Shown in pieces: positions 1 to 11,060 of a DNA stretch of 64,000 nt. The first letter of the stretch is position 1. Each line of letters begins with the position of its first letter. The DNA comes from Lytechinus pictus (taxonomy: Eukaryota): positions 67,890,001 to 67,954,000 of the forward strand of contig NC_087246.1 in the NCBI RefSeq assembly GCF_037042905.1, written 5' to 3'. The notes below the pieces were generated by a model. It was given only the letters and a program-made list of their open reading frames with translations, was not told the DNA's origin and ran no database searches. The translations under genes and the position numbers were made by a program.

Positions 1-550
1 GTGCGGACCGTGGATCGCGCTATCGTAGCGCGATCCACGGTCCGCCCATTGGCATTCGCCGGATTCACACCGCAGTGAGATAGCGCGGTCTATCGTAGCA
101 CCCCCTTTTTTGAGAGGTCCTGTTGCCATGACGCGTGACGTCATGAGGTCAGAGCGGTCAAAGATTTCGCGCGCTATTACGAACCCGTACTAGTTAGTTG
201 AGAGCTCGATATCGCTGTGCCTATTATGCTAGCCGGCCTACGTTTATTTCATGGCGTTGTATACATTGTGCATGTATTTCTAATTTGATTAATCTAGATT
301 CTAGACTCTTGTATTTCCGGCGTGCTATCGTAGCTCGGGTTCACACCGGCAGAGATAGCGCGATATAGCGCGCGCTAGACCGCGCTATCTCTCGTGGACC
401 ACCCCCAAGAGGCGCTCCAGTGGCACGCCGTTTTGGCTCGCCGTGGCTCGCTGTTGGGCGGACCGAAACGACGTTGTACCTTCCACACCGCAGAGATAGC
501 GCGATCTAGCGCGCGCTAGATCGCGCTATCTCTGCCGGTCTGAACAGGCT
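1..550. mobile_element. Right part of a GC-rich, multi-palindromic MITE (PIF/Harbinger-like terminus)
   Basis: Repeated CACACCG(G)CAGAGATAGCGCG motifs; 20-bp stem/3-nt loop at 3-45; perfect 46-bp palindrome at 490-535; terminus-like GCCGGTCTGAACAGGCTC at about 534-551. Left end is outside the window. Confidence 0.6.
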
Positions 551-1165
551 CCAAGAGAACAATATCTCTCATGCTAGAGTGACCAGAATTGAATAGCACT
601 TTTTTTGACTGATGTGAACTATAAATTTATGGAACACATGAATACCTTTGGTGGGTCATGTTGCCAAGGCAGACCCTGCATTCTGACCAAGTGTATGGAT
701 CTGTATCTGAAATCTGTTCAAAAACAGGCCAGGAAAAGACTCCTCTTCATCATGACTATGACACCAGGAGGTTATATTTAGAAGTACTTTCTCTTATTTT
801 TCGATAAAATATTTAGGTGGTCTGTCTCTGACAGATCACCTCTTAATTTCGTCAGAATTGTCTTTATTGTTTATTTATTTATTCATTTAATTATTTATTT
901 TTCGCACCTTTCTTTGTCACTATTTTTTCTCCCACGCCATGGCATAAGCTCATCTGGCCCTAATTAATTAGAGCAAACTACTGATTTAAGGCATAAATTA
1001 GCATGATCAACAAGAAATGAAATTTTTCCCAGAATTTGATCTTACCGTATTGTAGATTATGCCATGGATAACACGTATGCTAATTTTTTATGCGATCGTG
1101 CAATCGACTGCCCCCCCCCCCGTCTTCTTAGGCATCGAAATGGCCCGGCCTCGTCCAAAAGACCA

Positions 1166-2260
1166 GGGGCGGTATTCTGAAAACATTCTTATCTTAATTT
1201 TGTTCTTATCTACGTCATGATCTCAAAAGGCGGTGCTGCACCATCCCGAGTTTGCTCAATCTCGAGATTCAAGAAACCCCGTCTCCATCATCGCACAAAG
1301 AGCGATTCCTGCTTGAGCGAGGCAACAAGCCTAATGTTTCGAGCATGCGCACTTTCGGATCTTGGAGTTTCAACGGCCCGCGCTTTTGAATAACTTCCCG
1401 CGATATGCAATCAAATACATGTAGGCTACTCCTTTCTCTAGCACTTTCGCCGAATTCGACAAGTGTTATGCAACAATCCTCTCAGCTCAGCCTCGCTCAG
1501 CGAGTGAAGAAGTGATGTATTCTTCGTAAAATATGATGGCGGAGAAGGAGGCAATGACAGAGAGAGAGGGAGAAAGAAAAGGAGGAGGAAAGAATGCTAT
1601 TTGCTCACATTTTGCGAAGGCCAATACGAGTGTTGTCATTGACTATGACCATCGTCGATAAATGAGCGCCTCCCCCATATCCATAGGTCTGGTCTCTCCC
1701 AAAAATCCATTCACTGTTGGGACACCATTGTTGCTGATTGGGGAATTGATGAACGCTATTCGCGATAATGTCTATTCGCGTGTATAAAATAGACTTTTGC
1801 ACATGTTTATGTTTTGACCAAGGCGGAAGTGGAACGCAAATTGCATTATGGACTGACGTCATGAATAAATCACCCCGAGTCCAATCTCGAGTGCGTCTGC
1901 ACCTACGAATTAGCGGGATAGTTCGTCTGCACTGCAAACAATCTCGAGATTTTTCAGATCGGGATAATTTGCCGGATCAGAAATAGCGTGCTAATTTGAA
2001 AACTTGGGATGGTGCAGACGGCCTTAAACTGGTATTCTGAAAACATTCTTATCTTGTGTTCTTTAACTTTTTCTTATCTTGCTTTCCATCCTATGCTGAG
2101 CGCGTAAATTGACTACTCATGCATATAATACAAAAGCGGGCTAAAAAGATAACAAAATGAAGATAAGTGGTATTCTGAAAACGTTCTTATCTTTTCTCTT
2201 TCTTATCTTTCACGATATTTAAGATAATATTTAAGATAGCTAGAGGGTTATCACATCTCA
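1166..2260. mobile_element. Harbinger-like MITE (GGGGCGGTATTCTGAAAAC...) with a nested element; right end not found
   Basis: Motif GGTATTCTGAAAAC(A/G)TTCTTATC recurs at 1171, 2031 and 2169; interrupted by the 1228-2024 insertion. Confidence 0.5.
1228..2024. mobile_element. Non-autonomous PIF/Harbinger-like DNA transposon
   Basis: Imperfect TIRs AGGCGGTGCTGCACCATCCCGAGTTT / AAACTTGGGATGGTGCAGACGGCCT; flanked by AAA / TAA. Confidence 0.65.
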
Positions 2261-2289
2261 CGATGTCCGTGTTTTTTCTTGCTCAAAAT

Positions 2290-5200
2290 CGATGGCCACT
2301 AGTAGTAACAAGTACCCACAAGTATTCCTCTCACCCTTTCTTTAATTCACCCTTTATTTTGCCCGTCTCTTTTTTTCTATCCCTTCTTTCTTTCTTTGTT
2401 TCTTTTCTTTTGTCTATTTTCTCTTTCTTCCTTTCTATCTGTCTGTCTTTCTTCTTTTCTTTCATTCTTAAACTTTCCAGGTCTCTCTCATAGGATGTGG
2501 CGATGTTGACCCTAACCCTGGCCCAACTCCTGATAATAATGGCCAAAAGATATATGTCCCACCATATGAACATAATCTATCTATTCCAGCAAATCATCAG
2601 TACCACGAATGTTGTGCTGTATCCAACAAGTCACAGAGGGTATTACTTGATTATGATGTCTGGAATAGAATCCACAGCCTGGGAATTGCACGGAAGCGCA
2701 AAACCCATCGAGGTTCGAAGGGTCAGTCAAGGAAAAGAAAGATGATGATAAATGTACCTCCAAGTACTCTCTCTCCTGGTAATGAATATGATCATCCCTC
2801 TATGCAAGAACAAGATACTACTGTAAATGAAATTCAGCAACAGCAGATTCCTGTGATCATCCGCCCTCGTATTTTCCAGAGGAAACATAGTAATAAGGAA
2901 AGAAGTGGTCTGAAAGTACTAAAATCAATTACCCCTGTTTGTTCTCAAGAAAAGCCATCTAATCAAGACAAACCCCTATTGCCTACCATCTTCCTAAGTA
3001 ATGCTCGTTCTCTCAACAACAAAATGGATGAATTTGAGCTAACCATCAGGCATCATGCAGCTGACATCGCAGTAATCACTGAAACCTGGCTCAGTGACTC
3101 TTCCCTAGGAGCAGCAGATGTAACCGGGTACCAACTGCACTGCAAAAATAGAACTGATAAACGTGGCGGTGGCGTGGCAGTTTACACCTCTGATAGCTTG
3201 ACAACCCGTCCCCTATCAATCCATAACTGTGCGTATGAATGTTTCTGGCTTTATTTTGATCTAGGGAAAACCAGAAGCAGTATTAGAAGTCTCTACGTTG
3301 GAGTTGTATATTACCCTCCTGCCGCACCTTACAGCGTACAACTCCTGGAACATATCAAACACGTTATTGATCATATTAGGACTGTTGATATCTCTGCATC
3401 CATCATTCTCCTTGGTGATTTTAATGATTTACAGACTGGATCCTTATCATGCGATTTGGATCTTACCCAACTTATAGAATTTCCAACTCGAGGTAACGCG
3501 ATCCTAGATAAAGTATTTACGAACGTTCCCTACCATTACAACTCACCACTGAGACTGGCTCCTCTAGGACTCAGTGATCACTGTTCCATCTTGCTCAGGC
3601 CAGTTCATGAACTATCTAATAAAGACAAAAGAACTATACTTACCCGTCCACTGAAAGATTCATCAATTAGAGAATTTGGCCAATGGATTGTTAATCATAG
3701 CTGGAATAATGTTTATAATGAATCATCAGGTAACAAGGCTACCAGTGTATTCAATAGTTCCTTACATGATGCTTACATTAAGTTCTTTCCCTTGACTAGA
3801 TCTTTGTTAAAGAAGAATGATAAACCTTGGATGACGTGTAGAATTAAACAACTCTTGAAGGATAGGAATAAGGCCTATAGAAAACAGGATCATGATAATT
3901 GGGTTTCTTTGCGTGACCAAGTACAATGGGAAATAAGAAAGTCAAGAGTAAAGTATTATGCGCAAACCGTACATGATCTTAAGAATTCACAGCCTGGAAA
4001 ATGGCACAAACACATAAAGAAATTGTGTAAGCTAAGTACTAAAAAAGTTGACATCCCTGGTTCTGACGATGACCCTGTTGATACGGCAGTCTCCATTAAT
4101 ACCCACTTTGCTGCAATTTGTAACCAATTACCTCCCCTTGACTTAAACCTTCTTCCAGCTTATTTACCTGCAGATTCCCCTCCACCAATTATTTACCAGG
4201 GGCAGGTTCTATCTGCTCTGAGGAAACTAAAGGCAAACAAAGCATCCCATTTCAATGACTTACCAATTCGTCTAGTCAAAGAGTTTGCAGTGGAACTTGC
4301 TGAACCGCTAACATATATATTCAATCAGTGCCTGCAGGAAGGCACCTTCCCGAATGACTGGAAAACGTCATGTATAACCCCCATACCGAAAGAGAAAGTG
4401 ATAAGTTCCTATGATCAGCTGAGACCGATATCCCTTACCCCGTTATTTTTTAGAACACTTGAGTCATTTGTGGCAAAGTGGGTAGTAGAAGATATATCAA
4501 CCCATATTGATAAGAGACAATTTGGAAATGTGAAGGGCTGCTCTACTGCACACTATCTTGTTCACTTACTAAAATTTGTCCTTGGAAGGCCTTGACAAAT
4601 CTGGCCATTACGCCTATTTAACTACTATTGATTTTACCAAGGCCTTCGACAGAGTAAATCATTCCATTGTAATACGAAAGCTTATTCTTTTAAATGTTCG
4701 TAGGTCGATCATTCCAATTATTTGCAGTTTTCTGACTAATCGAACCCAGTGTACCAAGGTTAATAAGTGTTACTCCCCTCTGGTAGAAGTATCCTGTGGG
4801 GTACCGCAGGGTACCAAGTTAGGTCCCGTTTTATTTCTTATACTTGTAAATGATGCTGTATGCGAGTGGGATTCCAGATGGAAGTACGTTGACGATTTAA
4901 CATTAGGAGAAATAGTTAAACGTAACGGAAATCCCTCTTTACAATCGTCACTTGATTGTCTCTCAAAATGGTGTACTGATAATGATGTTCTCCCCAAACC
5001 ATCTAAATGTAACCTTATGCTAATATCCTTCCTCAGAAACTTTGTACCTCGTATTGATTTCCACCTTAACTTAACCCCACTCAATGTTGTCGAAAGTATC
5101 AAACTTCTAGGAGTTACACTTCAAAACGATCTCAAATGGAACCTACACATTGAAGAAATAGTTTCCAAAGCATCACGTAGGTTGTACACCCTCTGTATTC

Positions 5201-6455
5201 TAAGGAGATCGAAGGCAAGTTTGGCTGATATGGTGACTGTATACACTACATATATTAGGCCAATTCTCGAATATGCTTCCCCTGTCTGGCACACTTCTAT
5301 CACAATCAAAGAATCTGATAAACTGGAATTTGTTCAAAAGCGGGCACTCAAAATAATTGTAGGATATGACATTCATTACTCTGATGCTCTGGTAATTAGC
5401 AAACTCACTTCACTATCTTCCAGAAGGGATTCACTTTTATTAAACTTTGGACAGAAATTGATGAACTCTGATCATCATAAACACCTACTTCCAACACCAA
5501 GGTCCATTTCTTGTACTAGACAATTACGCAACATGACTGGTTTCCCCACAATCAAATGCAATACTGAAAGATACCGTAAATCCACCATTCCTCACCTTGC
5601 AAAGATTTTGAAGTAGTTTTCCGCAATTCCTGTATTTTGATTATATAGCCATTCCTTGTCACCATTTCAGCCTGCAATCCTTCTGTCTCCTTTTTTTTTT
5701 TTTTTTAGTGTTGTTACAATGTAAGCTTACTCTCTTACCTTATTTTTTCTCCCTCTTTCCTCTTTCTTTTCCTTTCCTATAGTACTATTTTCCTTACCTA
5801 TTTGAGTCCTATCCCTTACACTTTTCTCTTTTTATTTTCTTGTCTGTCCCTCTTTCTTTCTTTACATCCTTTCTTTGGCTTTCTATCGGTTTTTTGTAGG
5901 TTAGGCCTACGTACATGGAAAATTTGAAATGATTACAGTTATTGTCTTGCTATAATGTATTATACTACTTGCTCTTATGTTGAATCTATATATATATATA
6001 AATCATTTTGAATCTCATAAAGGATATTCATATCTTTATGTAGTGTCAATCATAATTGACAGTACTTTGGCTTCTATGTTCTCCATGTCACTCTCCACTT
6101 CTTCACCACTTTCTGTTTTTCTCTCTACCTCACTCTATGTTCTCTTTCTATTTGGAGGACATACTCCCTCTCTCCCTCTCTTTCTTTCCATTACTCTCAT
6201 TTCTCTCTCTCTCTTCTTCTTCTCTCTCCCTCCTCCCCTTTGCTTATTTCTCTCTTTCTCAAACTTTTATTTATGAGATACATCTTTTAACTGGAGATAA
6301 GTTTTGACGTAGAATACTGTAATTACGTTTTTATTCATTTGCTTTGTTATATTTGTATATTCTACTTCATGAAATTTTGTAAATTGACCCTTTCAGCTTG
6401 TGCTGCTGGTCAATTTTTATGTGCATATATACCAATAAATAAATAAATAAATAAA
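2290..6455 (+). mobile_element. Near full-length CR1/L2-group LINE (APE endonuclease + RT) with 2A-like leader
   Basis: ORFs 2742-4595 and 4576-5616 contain NARSL, ITETWL, GDFN, LSDH (APE) and DFTKAFD, GVPQGTKLGP, YVDD (RT); 3' tail (AATA)n at about 6434-6455. The 5' end is approximate. Confidence 0.9.
2481..5616 (+). pseudogene. LINE ORF (2A-like peptide, APE, RT) broken by one +1 frameshift at about 4584
   Basis: Frame is open from 2472 (TFQVSLIGCGDVDPNPGP...) into the 2742 ORF; removing one G in CTTGGAAGGC restores LLKFVLEGLDKSG. Confidence 0.85.
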
Positions 6456-6509
6456 TTATATCTTTTGTTTTATTCTGTTTGAATCTTTTAATTTTTTATT
6501 TATTTTGAA

Positions 6510-7670
6510 CTTCCAAAGCTGACATTATGGTTCAGGAGTAACCTATTATCCCTGAATTTAGGAAAAACAAATTTTGTTCATTTTCAGGGGAGGAAAATCT
6601 ACTGGTAACAAACAAATAAGCATTAAAGTAGATGGAGTTGAAATAGAACAAAGGCAGTGTACACAGTTTCTAGGTGTGTATGTTAATCAGAATCTAGACT
6701 GGAGTGATCATGTCACTCATTTTGTTACCAAAATTTCTAGAAATATTGGTGTATTATATAGGGTAAAAACATTTGTTAATGATAGGATATTATTGATGAT
6801 ATACAATACTCTTGTACTGCCACATATTTCATATTGCAATGTTCTTTGGGCTACATCTAAAGTGTCAACTACCAATATATTTCTCCTGCAAAAGAAAGCA
6901 GTTCGCATATGTACTGGGTCTGGTTACAGAGACCATACAAATCCCTTATTTGTAAAGCTGAAGTGTTTGAAGGTAGAAGATATACATTTTTTGCAAACTG
7001 CCTTATTTATGTTCCGTTTTAATGCCAATATGCTGCCTGACTCATTTTCGTCAAAGTTTCAGCCTAACAGCACTGTCCATTCATATAGCACAAGACAGTA
7101 ATCGAACATACATTTGGTTAATCCTCGCACCGCATTAGCTCATACATGTAAATCAATCAAACACCGTGGTTCAGATGTTTGGAATTCTCACATAATAACT
7201 CACATAATATTCGAAATTTGAAAACCTCACATTCTTTTAAATTGGCTGTAAAGCACAATCTCCTTTCAAAATTACAGAATGTTTAAACTGCTAGTAACGT
7301 ATACATGTAAGTAATTAAGTCTTCTTTCTTTCTCTTATTCGTAACTGAAGATTAAGAATTTAACTTTGTTGAATTACTCTACCATATATTCATAACGATT
7401 TGAAACTTAATTGTTATATCTCAGCAATCTATCACTTTTACATTCTTCTCTTTCTTTCCTCTCTTCCTTATTCTTTCATTTTTATTTTGTTTTCTTGGAT
7501 GCAAAACCAGTTTAAAGGTGCTTCAACCAATCAAGCTTTTAGCTTATGTTGCAACACCTTTGTATGTTCATTATTTACTTGTGTTTTCATACATATATTT
7601 ATATATTATCTGTGTATTCTTTTACATTGTATATTGTGAGCATGCATGAATAAATTAATAAATAAATAAA
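6510..7670 (+). mobile_element. 5'-truncated Crack/L2-type LINE fragment (RT C-terminus + 3' UTR)
   Basis: ORF 6574-7101 (FLGVYVNQNLDW, YCNVLWA, LQKKAVRI, HTNPLF); AATAAA-repeat tail at about 7649-7670. Confidence 0.85.
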
Positions 7671-8105
7671 ACTTCACCTTTGACCTTCTGACCTCAAATT
7701 TAATAGGCTTCCAGGGATCCATGCTTGTGTCATACACACCAAATTATATGAGCCTACATGTAGGTTAAGTTAAACATAAGTTATCGGGTTTAAAGGGAAT
7801 GAAGAAGGGTAAGATGAAAACATGTCACTGTGACCTTGACCTTTGACCTAAAAATCAATAGGCTTCCTAAGATCCATGCTAGTATTATACACATCAAATT
7901 ATACAGGCCTGTGCTAAGTTAAACTAAAGTCAACACGTTTACAAGGACTGCAGAAGGGTAAGATGAAAATATGTCTCTCTGTGACCTTGACCTTTTGACC
8001 TCAAATTTGATAGGCTTCCTGGGATCCATGCTTATATCATACACACCAAATTATATGAGCCTAGAATAAGTCAAACTGAAGTTATCGCGTTTACAAGGAC
8101 TGCAA
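7671..8105. repeat. About 3 tandem ~150-bp units of a TGACCTTGACCTTTGACC-containing repeat
   Basis: Recurrent unit TGACCT..ATAGGCTTCC..GATCCATGCT..ACACACCAAATTATATGAGCCT..GTTTACAAGGACTGCA. Confidence 0.8.
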
Positions 8106-8679
8106 AAGGGTGATGACCCATTTCATAACCCCAAACCCCCATCACATTGTTTTCAAAATTGAAACAAAAATAATTTTTCAGAGGGAAAAATACAAATTTC
8201 AGTAAAAAACTTAAACAAGTGGAACGCTTCTAGCAGTCTCACATTTTTAATCAATAATATTTACATGTATTAGTTATCATTTTCTATTCCATCATTGTGT
8301 AAAGCGCTGTGAAACAATGATATATTGTAAGAGCGCTATATAAATGAACATATTATTATTATTATTATGAGATTTGATAAAGCAGCAGTGCTGACTTGGA
8401 ATGATTAATCACAAAACGAAATATTCATGATAATAAAATACTATGTCCAGTGACCTAAAATTACTTTTGACCACGATCATGTGCAAAACAATCATTCAAT
8501 TGTGTCTATGTTTCATGAACTAGATCCATAAACTTTTTAAGTTATGATGCCAATTTAACAAATACCCCCTAACATGGCCAAAGTTCATTGACCTTAAATG
8601 ACCTTTGATCTAGGTTATGTGACCTGAAACATGCTCAGGATATTCATGGATACATGGTTGCTCAATAAGTTATGATGAC

Positions 8680-8892
8680 TGTCACATTGAAAATACATTT
8701 TATTTTATTTATTTGTCTTTTTTTTTTAGCAAAACTATTTAACCTTATCTTGTACTCGAGCAAGGTTGCATAGAGACAGGAATTTGATGTATGAAAGTCA
8801 GACAAGTTTGAATTGGATTTATAAATGTTATTTACAAGTAAGAGAATGGCACAAATTTGACGTGAGTTTTATTGGAGTATATCCATGTGACA
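8680..8892 (+). repeat. 5' LTR (internally deleted, 213 bp)
   Basis: Matches both ends of the 3' LTR, joined at GGAATTTGAT|GTATGAAAG. Confidence 0.9.
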
Positions 8893-8897
8893 TTTTC

Positions 8898-8913
8898 TGG
8901 GGGCTTGTCCGGG
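8898..8913 (+). promoter_or_regulatory. Primer-binding site complementary to the tRNA-Pro 3' end
   Basis: TGGGGGCTTGTCCGGG just after the 5' LTR, versus canonical tRNA-Pro PBS TGGGGGCTCGTCCGGGAT. Confidence 0.85.
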
Positions 8914-9065
8914 GTCCAACTTGTGCCGTTCGCAGTCACATGGGTAATGTGTTCGTTGGAATATTATATTTTTGAATTTTTGGAATATTGAAACATTGTT
9001 TATCTGATATCATCTAGACGAAGTAGAATTTTTCAATTAGAATAGGATAGATTTTTTTTTTCAAA

Positions 9066-10045
9066 ATGGATTATGCTAGTTTAATTGCAGCTGGTGAAAA
9101 GTTTGGGTTTACTGGCGAAGACCTCAGAAATTTTGTTTCGGAAGAACAGAAAAAGCAAAGGGAAGAGAAGAGAATTCAGTTGTTAGAATTAAGGAGACAG
9201 GAAAAAGAAACAGCAGAAATACAGTTAGAGATAGAACGCCAAAGAAATGCAAAAAGTGAATCAAGTTCTGATGGTATTAGAGCTAGGTCTCCAGAGTTAC
9301 CTCGATTTTACGAAGACAAAGATAACATCTATGCTTACTTACAACGATTTGAACGTTATGCCCAAAGCCAAAGTTGGCCAACCACAGATTGGGCAATGAA
9401 TCTTAGTGCTTTACTCACAGGAAAAGCCCTTGATGTGCACGCTAGATTGACCAGTGATGAAGCAAAAGATTACAGGACATTGAAGACAGCCCTCCTGAAG
9501 GCCTTCCAGCTTACAGCAGAAGGATTCCATTCGAAGTTTTATTCAGGTAAACCAGCCAACGGAGAAACCGCATCCCAATATGCGAATATACTGGAGAACT
9601 ACTTAACTAGATGGATTGAGCTCTCCAGCATCAACCATCGATATGAAGGCCTATTTGATCTTCTTCTCAGAGAACATTTCATGAATGGGTGCCATCGTGC
9701 CACAGTGCATACCACAAGACCAGAAGGTAAAACTTATACTCCTCAAACTCCACCTCGACCCCGAACACCACAAACATGTACCAACCAGGTCACCTGTCTA
9801 GAAATTGCCCCAAACAGACAACCAAACCTAATGTGCCGAAGACTTGTTTTATATGTCATAAACCGGGTCACTTTGCTAATAATTGTCGTTTCTCTTCCAT
9901 TAAGTCAGCAGGTTTATTGGTATCACAGGAACCAGAAGCAGCCTGCGAATCAGAAGTTGAATCAGGAACCGAAGCTGATTATTCACACCCCGAATATTCA
10001 GAACCTATCCCACACAGTCCATGTCAATGTCCATCTTGTACCAAC
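9066..10045 (+). pseudogene. Gypsy gag (capsid-like region + CCHC zinc knuckles), frameshifted
   Basis: YLQRFERYA...LLTGKAL...YRTLKTALL gag motifs; knuckle CFICHKPGHFANNC in ORF 9776-10054; first knuckle damaged near 9779. Confidence 0.85.
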
Positions 10046-11054
10046 CAGGCATGAAAATTGGGTATGAAAAAAAAGCTGAAAGGGTTTTGGAAATGTTGTT
10101 GACAAGACAGTGGGCGAAGCCCACCGGGCGAGCGGCTTGCCGCTCGCTGCTAACGGGTGGGGTCCAGGGGCAAAGCCCCGGTCGGGGTCCAGGGGGACGC
10201 CCCCTGAAGCTCCTGGGTTTTATCAATTTTAAAACTCCAAAAACCTGTTTGAGTTGAATGATTGTAATGAAGTATTTATATGGATTTTTGTCCAAAATTC
10301 AATTTAAAAAAAACTAAAAAATACTAAAAAATCAAGTACCGTAAACCGGGGTGACTTTGGACAGTTTTTAAAAAGAAGATTGCTTCAGCTACATTCCTTT
10401 CGCCGTTGATTTTTCTGAAAATATTTAGTTATTTTATGATAAAGGATATGTAAATAATGAAACGAGCCATTTAATTATTCACATATCCCCCTATCATCAC
10501 ATATCTTAACTGTCCAAAGTCACCCCGGTTTACGGTAATCAACTTAAGTCATTTACCAATTTAATCAGTCTTACCATAATAAGCTACTTGTCATACTTGT
10601 ACTTGAGCAATTTGCACTGAAAGTTTTCTGATAACTTTGTCTTAGCTGATTTCTCATGAAGTTGACCTTCAGCTATTTTAGTTCACCAATCTCTGCGAGC
10701 ACATTCAGCTTCTTTATCGGTCTTCCACCGGTCCGATATGATATGCGCGCCCGGTCGCTGCATGCCCGGCGCGCCGGGTTGTCCCCAGCGATTGCAAGCA
10801 CACCACCGCTGCACTGCATGCACAGAAACGTAAAACACACCGCGAAATACACGTGTAGAGTTGAGATGTGCTAGATAAGAGATTCCTGCGCAATCGTTGT
10901 AAAGGCCGAACGTCATATAACACGTAAGATATGCTAAAACATTTTAGCGCTAAAAATCGGAAATTAAAACGCGGATTTTAGGAGTAAAAAAAATGGAAAT
11001 TCAGCAAACAAAAAACGTGGAAATCCGCGGAAACGCAGAGAATTTTCATGCCTG
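10046..11054. mobile_element. Non-autonomous hAT-like DNA transposon with 6-bp TSD, inserted in Gypsy gag-pol
   Basis: 14-bp TIR CAGGCATGAAAATT / AATTTTCATGCCTG; TSD ACCAAC; excision restores the frame CQCPSCTN-TQVRIEASCMVVRMP. Confidence 0.85.
10339..10535. mobile_element. Tc1/mariner-pogo-like MITE (197 bp) nested in the hAT-like element
   Basis: Perfect 28-bp TIR CCGTAAACCGGGGTGACTTTGGACAGTT; TA on both sides. Confidence 0.9.
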
Positions 11055-11060
11055 ACCAAC

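Noticed and set aside
630-780. Downstream BROMI exon
   Set aside because: Only weak resemblance (DPYTW) and the intervening exons were not found.
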